The notes under the pieces were generated by a model that was given only the letters and a program-made list of their open reading frames with translations, was not told the origin of the DNA and made no database searches. A stretch of 64,000 bases of DNA, from the IMG/VR virus record IMGVR_UViG_3300029305_002265. One strand, written 5' to 3'. The position numbers and the translations under genes are program-made. Each line of letters opens with the position of its first letter. Position 1 is the stretch's first letter. The stretch is from a virus (Duplodnaviria > Heunggongvirae > Uroviricota > Caudoviricetes). Positions 27,490 through 35,969 of the stretch are shown here, one piece after another.

Positions 27490-27570
27490 TTCGGTCATCC
27501 TCAGAAGATTCGAACTCCATCTCACCCTGCTATTGGGTGAGCTCTACCCTTGAGCTATCGTTGGACTAAT
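27490..27570 (-). pseudogene. tRNA fragment/pseudogene: canonical D-arm (TAGCTCAAGGGTAGAGC), anticodon-arm-like and T-arm (GGAG-TTCGAAT-CTTC) but no pairable acceptor stem
   Basis: Hand folding of the minus strand; the acceptor halves do not pair. Confidence 0.3.
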
Positions 27571-27688
27571 CTCTGCCACCCATTTCAGAGGTGTACGGTC
27601 TCTTAAGAAATGGTTCGTACTTGTGGCATACTTAATATGGCTTTGTACTCACTACTCAATCATTTTGTCTTGTTTCTGTTGTGCCTAT

Positions 27689-27753
27689 ATTATAGCACAA
27701 CTTTTTCGTTTTGTCAATACCTTTTCGTAATCGTTTACAATCTGTTTACAATT
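27689..27753 (-). promoter_or_regulatory. Sigma70-type promoter (TTGACA-N17-TGcTATAAT) with TTGTAAACAGATTGTAAAC repeats; likely drives the tRNA-island transcript
   Basis: rc of 27712-27717 is TTGACA and rc of 27689-27694 is TATAAT with an extended -10; repeats at 27733-27753. Confidence 0.5.
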
Positions 27754-27969
27754 TTAAATAATCCAAGGAAGGATTATGCCTGAGATGTCCTTATCACAGT
27801 AACAGTAGATTGTCTTCCACTCGACGGTGTAAACCGCCCCCAGTAGCGACTTCGCTGAAACTCTATTACCATCATCGTCTTCAAGGATGACCTTTTCAGT
27901 TACTGTAGACACCGTATCTACAAATGATCGAATATCACTCATAGTATCAAGTCTAATTCTCTGTCTCAT
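27754..27969 (-). CDS. HPr/Crh-like small protein (71 aa): retains the Ser46-region motif (GNRVSAKSLLGAV) but lacks the His15 region
   Basis: Segment LEDDDGNRVSAKSLLGAVYTVEW parallels HPr [21 protein letters not shown]; own promoter and RBS. Confidence 0.35.
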   Translation of the reverse strand: MRQRIRLDTMSDIRSFVDTVSTVTEKVILEDDDGNRVSAKSLLGAVYTVEWKTIYCYCDKDISGIILPWII

Positions 27970-28001
27970 TCTTTTTATGTCCTCTCTTATGTTGTGCTAA
28001 T

Positions 28002-28030
28002 ATTATATCATAATCATTCTGTTTTGTCAA
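28002..28030 (-). promoter_or_regulatory. Sigma70-type promoter TTGACA-N17-TATAAT for the HPr-like gene
   Basis: rc of 28025-28030 is TTGACA and rc of 28002-28007 is TATAAT. Confidence 0.45.
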
Positions 28031-28081
28031 TATGCAAAATGTACAAAAATTATAGTTATTATTTTGTATATATTGTACAAA

Positions 28082-28990
28082 CTAGTGGGCCGCCTTATCG
28101 GCTTCGTGAAGTTGCATTATATCATTATACAATTCTTCTCCCCAAAGCCTACGATACTTATTGTGCAACTTCTCATTATTATCCTTTTCCCAGAAGTAAG
28201 GTTGCATGTGCCAACGAATTAAAACTGCAACATACAGCAGATCTATCTTATCAGAAAAATCTTCGCGATAAAATAAACTATCATAGCTGCCTGTGTGCTC
28301 GTGGTTGTAATAATGAGCTTGTTCGGTTATCTCACCTTTTGTATTTTTGAATGTCTTGCAAAATGGTTTACCGCAATCGTGCAGCATTCCAGCGAATTTA
28401 AGTTCCTTCGACGTATTATTTAATTTAACACATACTGCTTCACAATGCTCGCCTAACGTTAAAGTATGATGTGTATTATGTTGATTAAAATGTTTATTCG
28501 CAAGATAAAAATTGTTAGGGAGTCTATAATTCGTATCATAATGCATAACTATTATATCATCCCATCCCTCATAGTCCCACGGCGGATCAAAATTCGTATA
28601 CATTCTTTTGATAACATACTCAGGCACTTTTCTGTCTCTTTTTGCACTACGCTCAAGACAGGTCTCGTATGGAGTCGCCATTAATACACAGACTTTTTTA
28701 CAGGGAATATTCTTTAATTCCTGTAAAAACGCTTTACGCTCCTTATAGTGGACACAACAAGCATCATATATACAACTTTTCCCACTCCTTAAATCATCCT
28801 TAACGCGCTGATGGAGTGTCTTGAAGACTAAGACGTTGTTTTCTTGATTATTAGTGTCTCCTGTAAGCTCCTCACGAATAGCGTCACTAGAATGAATATT
28901 GGCGTTGTAGTTCTTGGCAAGTCTTATGGCTTCTGTGGATTTGCCACTACAGGGTAAACCGCACATCATCCAAAAAGTCGGTCTATTCAT
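28082..28990 (-). CDS. Bifunctional P-loop kinase + HD phosphohydrolase (Pnkp-like polynucleotide kinase/phosphoesterase candidate)
   Basis: N-terminal Walker A MMCGLPCSGKST (T4 Pnk/AAA_33-like); C-terminal HD motifs (…MLHDCGKP…H…HEH…). Confidence 0.5.
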   Translation of the reverse strand: MNRPTFWMMCGLPCSGKSTEAIRLAKNYNANIHSSDAIREELTGDTNNQENNVLVFKTLHQRVKDDLRSGKSCIYDACCVHYKERKAFLQELKNIPCKKVCVLMATPYETCLERSAKRDRKVPEYVIKRMYTNFDPPWDYEGWDDIIVMHYDTNYRLPNNFYLANKHFNQHNTHHTLTLGEHCEAVCVKLNNTSKELKFAGMLHDCGKPFCKTFKNTKGEITEQAHYYNHEHTGSYDSLFYREDFSDKIDLLYVAVLIRWHMQPYFWEKDNNEKLHNKYRRLWGEELYNDIMQLHEADKAAH

Positions 28991-29784
28991 TTGTCTATTT
29001 CCTTTCTAAAACTATGCTTTAACACATCAAATAACACGCTATTCATAATCTCATCAACCTCAGAGTCGATAACCAATGGGTGGGTATCCATATATTCTTG
29101 CTTTGTAAGTTTAACAAGATATTCAATGTTATTTGCCATTTGCCTTGCTTCTTCCAATGAATGAATATACTCAGCCTTAACGTTGATTAAATACTGAGGG
29201 TTCGTAGGAATAAGACATTCTGCATAAGAAGTTCCAGCGATATACCTATTAAGAAACTCTTCACAACGAATAATGTGGTGCAATTGTTTATTGTCGTAAC
29301 CATACTTTTTGATCTTTTCAATAAGTGTGGGATACGGATGTTCCATCGCTTTATGCTTTTCGTACACCATTCCTGCAATGCAATTAACCGCCGCATAGTT
29401 ATTATAGTGCGCTATCTTTTCATTGCTATCAAACATAGGTTGATATAAATCTGCATATTCTGGATTAAGATACTTATATTTCGTGAATAGGATTTCTATG
29501 AAGTTGATATTTTGCTTACGAAAACAATCGTGCATTAATCTGATATCTTTAATATCTATATGTTCGTTGCTCGGCAATATTAATGTTGTGCTTGCAGGTT
29601 TACGATTAAGCACGAAGTCTTCAAATGCGGGAATGACTATCGCCTTAGTGTCGATATCGCTGCCCTCATAATCAAGATGGTAGTTTTGGGAGCCTTGAAG
29701 AAAAACTCCCAAAACCTTATAGCCCAAAGAGGCGGCATAATCAAAATCGGATTTCAGTCTATTGAAAATTTTATCATCTTTCAT
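28987..29784 (-). CDS. Pol-beta-superfamily nucleotidyltransferase (265 aa); function unknown, possibly an RNA 3-prime-end modifying/CCA-type or MNT-type NTase
   Basis: hG[GS]x9-13Dh[DE] NTase signature in LQGSQNYHLDYEGSDIDTKAIV. Confidence 0.4.
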   Translation of the reverse strand: MKDDKIFNRLKSDFDYAASLGYKVLGVFLQGSQNYHLDYEGSDIDTKAIVIPAFEDFVLNRKPASTTLILPSNEHIDIKDIRLMHDCFRKQNINFIEILFTKYKYLNPEYADLYQPMFDSNEKIAHYNNYAAVNCIAGMVYEKHKAMEHPYPTLIEKIKKYGYDNKQLHHIIRCEEFLNRYIAGTSYAECLIPTNPQYLINVKAEYIHSLEEARQMANNIEYLVKLTKQEYMDTHPLVIDSEVDEIMNSVLFDVLKHSFRKEIDK

Positions 29785-29794
29785 TTAAATCTCC

Positions 29795-31012
29795 TTAATT
29801 TCCAATCTCAATCAAATACTTAATAGTCATCTGGTCTTCCTTATACACTACAATCTCATCATTTCGAAGCATACCTCTATCGGCGTGTGCATGTAGGCAG
29901 TTTGCTCCCTGCTTAAACTGTTGTAACTTATTATAATCAAGGTTATAATACTTGCTGTCAAAATTGTACACATCATAAGGCGTTCCATAAGCCACATCAA
30001 AGATTGCCATATAAGCAGTGTTGTTACCGCCGTGAGCCCAATAAGAACCAGAGAGCGAGGTATAACCAATACTCTTTGCACACTTGGGGGCGTAATACAC
30101 TCCGTACCCAAACATCTTTCCTGTAATTACGGCATTAGTAGGTCTAAGTACTAAGCCTGTCTTAATAATAGACCAGAAATTCTCACTACGACTGCCATGG
30201 AACAGAAGTCTAGTGTCCTTGATGTCATTCTCCTTAACAAACTTATCAAAACGCTCCTGAGTCTTCAGATTGGTAACTCTCCAAGCCTTTTTAAACTTAT
30301 CAGCGGATTCTTTCATCAAAGTCTTAATTAGGGCAATATCATCTTTTGTAGTTTCTTCCATAACAAGACCAAGCTCTTCGAGAATGGTCTGCTGTTTCTT
30401 TTCGGTTGTGGTAACAGACTCAATCTCTGGCTTCACATAAATCTGTCCACGCATTACATCAAGAAGATCTTGCTCCTTGGTGATAATCTTTGAAAAATCT
30501 TCTGTCTTATTTGCCAGACAATAACGTACATCACTCATTCTTCTAGGAATAACTGTAAACAAGTTAAGCAGATTGGCATTAAACGCATCAACGGTTATGC
30601 TATTATTGGCGAGCTCATCAATAATCTTCTGTGCTGCATCCACCATATCCTGAGTAACAGCAGATGCTTTTACAGTATAGTTCTTGTTAATAGTCTCACG
30701 GGCAAGACTCTGAAGCTTATCCACAATTGCTTTTATGGCTGCGTTCTCAATGTCCTTGTATGGGCTTTCAGGATTGGTAGAGGAAACTTCCTCCACCAAG
30801 TCCTTCTTAAGATCAGTTACATCCTGGTAACCCTTTTTGAGTTTTGATTTGATTTGTGAATCCCATTTAGACATAGGATAATATGCTGTTGTTTTAGTTG
30901 CATCTACTCTGCCGTATTCAACACGGAACTGATTGCCTTCTGGAAAAAGATTATAGTACTTATTATTATTTGCCGTAGTTACCATAATCAAATAAGTAGG
31001 TCTTACTTCCAT
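29795..31012 (-). CDS. PARP-like ADP-ribosyltransferase: N-terminal WGR-like domain, helical linker, C-terminal PARP catalytic domain with the H-Y-E triad
   Basis: LLFHGSRSENFWSIIKTGL (PARP1 LLWHGSRTTNFAGILSQGL), GYGVYYA (GKGIYFA), RNDEIVVY (YNEYIVY); N-terminal …FRVEYGRVD…KLKKGYQ WGR pattern. Confidence 0.7.
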   Translation of the reverse strand: MEVRPTYLIMVTTANNNKYYNLFPEGNQFRVEYGRVDATKTTAYYPMSKWDSQIKSKLKKGYQDVTDLKKDLVEEVSSTNPESPYKDIENAAIKAIVDKLQSLARETINKNYTVKASAVTQDMVDAAQKIIDELANNSITVDAFNANLLNLFTVIPRRMSDVRYCLANKTEDFSKIITKEQDLLDVMRGQIYVKPEIESVTTTEKKQQTILEELGLVMEETTKDDIALIKTLMKESADKFKKAWRVTNLKTQERFDKFVKENDIKDTRLLFHGSRSENFWSIIKTGLVLRPTNAVITGKMFGYGVYYAPKCAKSIGYTSLSGSYWAHGGNNTAYMAIFDVAYGTPYDVYNFDSKYYNLDYNKLQQFKQGANCLHAHADRGMLRNDEIVVYKEDQMTIKYLIEIGN

Positions 31013-31024
31013 AGCACCCTCCTA

Positions 31025-31450
31025 TCAAATCTCACAAAACAGAATTTCAACATCCGTATCTTCAAAGACTTCACAAATAATATCGTAAACCTTGTCCCAA
31101 TCGAGACGGTCGAGTCCCGATGCAATTTTCGGCATTGCAAGCTTAGTAGTAGCATTCGTTTCCATTATGTCTCTCATAGTCTCAAGCGCTTCTTTAACCG
31201 CCTCGTATCTTGGCTTATGATAACACTTAGGCTTAGTTACAAGGTTAAATACATTATCAATAAGAAGCGCATCTCCGCCTTTGTAAGAGTACATATCATA
31301 CTCTCTGAAGAGCTTAAATCTCATATTGTAAACTTCATCAAAAGTCTTTGCTATACCTGCACCAAGTGCAAAATCTGCACTAATGCAATGAGCAAGATAA
31401 TAACCCTGAGGTACCGTAAATAAATCTCTCTGTTCAATGGTAATATTCAT
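31025..31450 (-). CDS. Macrodomain protein (ADP-ribose binding/hydrolase family)
   Basis: N-terminal RDLFTVP…AHCISADFALGAGIAKTF and C-terminal MPKIASGLDRLDW match the macro-domain core pattern (GDLF…N.x…GxGIA…; P.IGtG…). Confidence 0.55.
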   Translation of the reverse strand: MNITIEQRDLFTVPQGYYLAHCISADFALGAGIAKTFDEVYNMRFKLFREYDMYSYKGGDALLIDNVFNLVTKPKCYHKPRYEAVKEALETMRDIMETNATTKLAMPKIASGLDRLDWDKVYDIICEVFEDTDVEILFCEI

Positions 31451-31468
31451 AATACTTCTCCTTCGTTA

Positions 31469-32524
31469 TTACTTTCCTTCATCGAAAATATCGGACGGAA
31501 GAATATACCGACCATCACTGCCTACCACAAGCGGAAGTTCTCCATTCCAACCTTCTGCCATAATCTTTTCAATAAGGGCATCGGTAATAGACTCTGCAAT
31601 CTGCTTGTTCGCCTCTGCCTCTGCGGCAGCCTGAATTTTAAGCGCCTCGGCCTTTGCCTTTGCGATCTCAATTTCTGCCTGAGCCTCCTTAAGCTTTGCC
31701 TGTGCCTTTGCTTCTGCGGCAATAACTTCTGCCTTTGCTTCAGCATCTGCTTTTGCAAGGTTGGCCTCATTCTTGTTCTCTTGGATAATCAAATCCTGCT
31801 CAGATGCAAACTTAGCATCAATTGCCTCCTGGATATCGGGATTCTCAAAAGAAAATCCTTCCTTAATGCCAAGAACAGTAATGGTAATACCATATTCCTT
31901 GAAATATTCAACTACGGCAGTCTTGACCTTTTCTACAATTTCTGCCTTATGAGTATGAAGCTCAGTGCTCTTATACTGGCTAGTTGCGATATTAAACTGA
32001 TCCTCAACCATCTTCTTGATATCAGTATCAATAATGGTTTCAAGAGGAGTATTGTTATAACGGTAAAGGAACTTAGCAGCATCCTTTTCCTCAATCATAG
32101 CCGTGCAGTTCATACCGACATAAATTCCAATGGCATCGGATGTTTCACCAAAAATAGCCTTATTGCTACTGGTTGCAGCAGAATCGCCAGATTCCCAAGA
32201 ACGAGATACGGGCTTGCGCTCAACAACAATTACAGTTGCAGAAGGACGCCAGTTACCCATCCAATGACGACGACCAGTCTGGACCCAGCGATGCGGGATC
32301 TGAATCTCTTTGGTTGCAACCTTGGTTTCGAGAAGCAGAGCCTCAGACTCAAAAGTGCCCTGATTGGTGGTGTCGCCTATAAGAGGAATGAGGAACGCAG
32401 TCTGCGAGGGTTCGATAGTCATAAATTCGGGCTTGTCGTAAGGTTTGCGGCAACTAGTGAAGCAGCAAAGAATGAGAGTAAGAAGTGTTGCGAGAATAAA
32501 AGTTCTAAAAATAGTCTTTTTCAT
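31469..32524 (-). CDS. SPFH/band-7 (prohibitin/HflK-like) lipoprotein with a C-terminal A/K/E-rich coiled coil
   Basis: Lipobox LILCCFTSC; SPFH-like core followed by (AEAKA)n low-complexity. Confidence 0.55.
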   Translation of the reverse strand: MKKTIFRTFILATLLTLILCCFTSCRKPYDKPEFMTIEPSQTAFLIPLIGDTTNQGTFESEALLLETKVATKEIQIPHRWVQTGRRHWMGNWRPSATVIVVERKPVSRSWESGDSAATSSNKAIFGETSDAIGIYVGMNCTAMIEEKDAAKFLYRYNNTPLETIIDTDIKKMVEDQFNIATSQYKSTELHTHKAEIVEKVKTAVVEYFKEYGITITVLGIKEGFSFENPDIQEAIDAKFASEQDLIIQENKNEANLAKADAEAKAEVIAAEAKAQAKLKEAQAEIEIAKAKAEALKIQAAAEAEANKQIAESITDALIEKIMAEGWNGELPLVVGSDGRYILPSDIFDEGK

Positions 32525-32808
32525 TATATATTAAGTTCCTTTTCTAATTTATTCATATAAATAGCGGAGTAAATGTTTCTTCCGCAGATAATACAAGTGA
32601 GAAGACGAATGATAGTAAATATCATAGGGACATAGTTCCAGAGCCTCCAAGTGGCATAGCTCATATCATCGTTTTCAAGCTGACCTAGAGCCATGTCATT
32701 GGTAAATGTGGGCATAAATGCGTCAGAGATAATTGTCAATGCTATAAAAATTACAATTACCACAATGAGATTTATAATAATTTTCTTAACCATTATTTTC
32801 CTCCACAA
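32524..32808 (-). CDS. Small membrane protein (94 aa, three TM helices)
   Basis: Hydrophobic ORF coupled to neighbouring genes. Confidence 0.35.
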   Translation of the reverse strand: MWRKIMVKKIIINLIVVIVIFIALTIISDAFMPTFTNDMALGQLENDDMSYATWRLWNYVPMIFTIIRLLTCIICGRNIYSAIYMNKLEKELNI

Positions 32809-33146
32809 AAAGGACAGTTGCTTGAAGAGAAGAGGATATAAGTGCCCTCAGCGCAGAAAATATTATCATACTCTGCGGTTTTTACCTCAATGCCTGAACC
32901 TTCGTTTTCATACCACTTTTCAATGGTTGCGCAATGACCTTCTACTCCGTTGAAGAAGTGGATATGCCTAAAATCGTAGCTTCCCCAACCTATGCTCCTA
33001 TTGTTTGCGCTCACTTCAGTGGGGCATAGAGTGATGAACGCGGAGACCATCATAGCTGATACAAGCAATGCGCAAATAACAATAACTACTTTATTCATTA
33101 TTTGATTCCTCCTGGCTCTCTTCCATATCAGGAGCCTCTGCTTCAA
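32793..33146 (-). CDS. Small secreted/membrane Cys-containing protein (117 aa)
   Basis: N-terminal hydrophobic segment; C-terminal CPFCGG. Confidence 0.3.
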   Translation of the reverse strand: MKQRLLIWKRARRNQIMNKVVIVICALLVSAMMVSAFITLCPTEVSANNRSIGWGSYDFRHIHFFNGVEGHCATIEKWYENEGSGIEVKTAEYDNIFCAEGTYILFSSSNCPFCGGK

Positions 33147-34494
33147 CCTTCACAATGCCCTCAAGAGCCTTGAAGAACCAATTCTTATGCTTATATGCAC
33201 AGAACTTAGGACGGTTGATAATACGAACCACTACACCCTCACGAACATGCGTCTTACCAATGGGATCGGGTCCATCATAGAACTCTTCGGCAGCTTTTAT
33301 AACCATATCACCAACCGTGCCATCACCAATTAGATAATCGTGGTCATATCCATCTGGAGCAACTAGATGCAGTCTATCGCTGCTTATTGTTGCCGTTCCA
33401 AATACAGGAACGCACTTAACACCCATCTGCTCACAACGATAACGCATAAAGTCAGGAGTGTATTCTACGGTAAAGCCATCCTCATTGGTCATCGTCATAC
33501 GATATACATAGATATCAGACTGAGGACCAACCCACACGACATCTTCATAGTGACCTTCGTCGGTGCCTTCGGGATCACATCCGTAAGAGAATACAGTAGT
33601 CTGTCCATACTGCTTAACAAAATCCTTATCATTAAGCTTCTTATTGTCGCCACTTGCCATAATGGGAGCCCCAGTATGAGTGAATCCTACGACTTCGTAG
33701 AAAATCTCCTCGCCCTTATTCAGCTTACCCTCAAAGAACTTTGAGTGTGCTTCACGGAACTCATTAGAACCATAATATCCACCTTCAAAATTCTCAAGTA
33801 CGGTACGACGGGTACCAGATACATATCCCCAATCGTAGATAGGCTTACCTTCACGACGGAGAACCTTATCAATAAGAGTTCTCTTATACTTCTTGAACAC
33901 GGGAAGATAACCAGTTCTCTGACTCGTTCCGTGCATCTTGAGCGTAATTTCAATCTCATCACCAGGCTTAAACGCTGCGAGGTTGTACGCAAGCTGCTCA
34001 GTGTCTGCGTGTTCTGCAAAAAGGGGCGCCACAGGAACCTTCTTCTTGCGAGTCTTATTACCCTCGGAATAATGTCCTCTTCTATTTTGCTTTCGAGGGA
34101 TGTACTTACAACAAATCTCGTGACCATTGAAGTTGTCAATTCTATCACCCTCACGAAGAGCAGTAATGTCTCCAAAGGATTCGAGCGCCTTTAGAGGAAG
34201 GAAGAGACCATCCGACTTCTCTCCACGAAGTTTGATTGCGGTTACATTTCTCTTGTCTGGGTCCATATAACCGCCGATGTTGTTTCCTGCATCATCCTTC
34301 TTGCGAAGCAAATTATTTGCCTCAGCGAACTCGACTGAGAGCTGACCATCCGAAGGAAAATACACACCGAGCTGATTGTCTTCATACTCCATCGATACGA
34401 TTACTGCGTTTCCAAAACACTCACCAATCTGAAGTCTATCGGCATTAGGATGCTTATGTAGATTCTTAATTCTTGTAATATAAGCGTTATACAT
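33091..34494 (-). CDS. ATP-dependent RNA ligase (Rnl-type nucleotidyltransferase) fused to an N-terminal tRNA-binding (Myf/EMAP-like) domain
   Basis: N-terminal IKNLHKHPNADRLQIGECFGNAVIVS resembles the tRNA_bind motif (HPNADKL…V.VG); ligase motifs I KMHGTS, III EIFYEVVGF, IV REGVVVR, V AYKHK. Confidence 0.55.
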   Translation of the reverse strand: MYNAYITRIKNLHKHPNADRLQIGECFGNAVIVSMEYEDNQLGVYFPSDGQLSVEFAEANNLLRKKDDAGNNIGGYMDPDKRNVTAIKLRGEKSDGLFLPLKALESFGDITALREGDRIDNFNGHEICCKYIPRKQNRRGHYSEGNKTRKKKVPVAPLFAEHADTEQLAYNLAAFKPGDEIEITLKMHGTSQRTGYLPVFKKYKRTLIDKVLRREGKPIYDWGYVSGTRRTVLENFEGGYYGSNEFREAHSKFFEGKLNKGEEIFYEVVGFTHTGAPIMASGDNKKLNDKDFVKQYGQTTVFSYGCDPEGTDEGHYEDVVWVGPQSDIYVYRMTMTNEDGFTVEYTPDFMRYRCEQMGVKCVPVFGTATISSDRLHLVAPDGYDHDYLIGDGTVGDMVIKAAEEFYDGPDPIGKTHVREGVVVRIINRPKFCAYKHKNWFFKALEGIVKVEAEAPDMEESQEESNNE

Positions 34495-35119
34495 TCTTCT
34501 TCATCTCCTCTGCTCTTACAATGGCCTCTGCCATCTCCTGGATTCGCTTCTCTCTTTCCATAGCACGCTTCTTCGCCCAATGTGCCTTCACCTTCTGATA
34601 ATTCTTTTCGGCCTTTGCCTTCTTTCGAGCTTCCTCTTCTGCTCTCTTCTTCTTGTCTGCTTCTGCCTTGTCGTAAAACTTAGTCGCATAAGAAAGCAAC
34701 TTGCTAAGAACGGCTGTGCCTTCCTTACCAATCATTTCCTTGACAATACAACGAAGAAGTCCGTCCTCAAAGAAGTAGGGATCGTTACCCTGGACGGTCG
34801 CCGTCTGAGTGTCACCGTTTACAAAAGTCATCTTGATGGTGTTTTCGTTAAACACGCCGATAGACTTGATTGCAGGAATGAGATCCTGGCTGCCATCAAA
34901 GAAACCGTCCTTGTAGTATCGTGCAACAATTCGACCAAACTCAACTTCAAGCGACGAACGCTGGTCAGGTCTGACCTCAGGCTTCTTAGTTGCCTCTTCT
35001 ATTGCAGAGGTTATATTGGAAAGTGAGTTGGAAGTTACAACCTCATTGACGAAATTCCAACAAGGCTCGCCGTCGTAAGTGTAAGTTACATTGCCATTAT
35101 GGCCCGCTTTAATTGTCAT
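34487..35119 (-). CDS. Hypothetical protein with a C-terminal K/E/A-rich coiled coil; start set at the second ATG after AAGGAG
   Basis: Promoter-proximal; the first ATG belongs to the conserved leader motif. Confidence 0.35.
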   Translation of the reverse strand: MTIKAGHNGNVTYTYDGEPCWNFVNEVVTSNSLSNITSAIEEATKKPEVRPDQRSSLEVEFGRIVARYYKDGFFDGSQDLIPAIKSIGVFNENTIKMTFVNGDTQTATVQGNDPYFFEDGLLRCIVKEMIGKEGTAVLSKLLSYATKFYDKAEADKKKRAEEEARKKAKAEKNYQKVKAHWAKKRAMEREKRIQEMAEAIVRAEEMKKNV

Positions 35120-35154
35120 TTTCTTTTTCTCCTTAATCATTTCGTTGTGTGCAT

Positions 35155-35219
35155 ATTATAGCACAGTTTCTTTTATTTGTCAATAGACTTTGTGTATCGT
35201 TTACATTTTATTTACAATC
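35155..35219 (-). promoter_or_regulatory. Sigma70-type promoter TTGACA-N17-TGcTATAAT with TTGTAAATAAAATGTAAAC repeats
   Basis: rc of 35178-35183 is TTGACA and rc of 35155-35160 is TATAAT; repeats at 35198-35219. Confidence 0.5.
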
Positions 35220-35969
35220 AGGCTTAAATGTCGGTATTGGATTTAATTTGAATAAATTCTTCTGGTGAAGGTGATCAATTTTTGCCTTTGCTACTTCATC
35301 TTCGCATACACCAGTGCGAATATATTTATTCAATACTTCATAGGTAAACCCAAAGTTATCCTCGTCAGTTTTGCCACAGAGACCGTCTGAAGGTGTCTTG
35401 TGAGTCAACTCATATGGAAGTCCACAGGCATCGCCAATAGCAACCACTTCATCAGAAGTAAAGTTTAGTATGGGCATTAAATCTGCTACATTATCGCCCC
35501 ACCTGGTGGAATAACCTATATATGCTTCTGAGGCATTATCTGTTCCAACAACACGTCCATTTACACTTTGAGATATGGCATAAAGCGTTGCCATACGAAT
35601 ACGAGGAGGAAGATTTATGGTTGTCTGCTTGCTAATTTCAATATCCGTCGGAAACTGATTGTCAATACCAACAACAGCATCCCAAATATTCATAGTATAA
35701 CTTTTAATCCCAAGACATTGAATAAGTTTATTAGAATCATCGATATCAGGCTGTACACCACAGGGCATCTTTACACCGATTACTCTGTCCTTGCCAAGAG
35801 CTTCTACGCAAAGCGCAGCTACAACGCTTGAGTCTTTACCACCACTAATACCAATTACAGCATTACAACCTTTTCCATTCTGTTCAAACCACCCTCTAAT
35901 CCAAGCGACAATTCTATCTTTAATCTCTATCGCATTAAAATTATTCATGTGTAATCTCCCCATTTTCAA
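35208..35969 (-). CDS. nadE: NH3-dependent NAD+ synthetase
   Basis: PP-loop ATP pyrophosphatase motif GISGGKDSS; 253 aa, NadE-like. Confidence 0.8.
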   Translation of the reverse strand: MKMGRLHMNNFNAIEIKDRIVAWIRGWFEQNGKGCNAVIGISGGKDSSVVAALCVEALGKDRVIGVKMPCGVQPDIDDSNKLIQCLGIKSYTMNIWDAVVGIDNQFPTDIEISKQTTINLPPRIRMATLYAISQSVNGRVVGTDNASEAYIGYSTRWGDNVADLMPILNFTSDEVVAIGDACGLPYELTHKTPSDGLCGKTDEDNFGFTYEVLNKYIRTGVCEDEVAKAKIDHLHQKNLFKLNPIPTFKPDCK

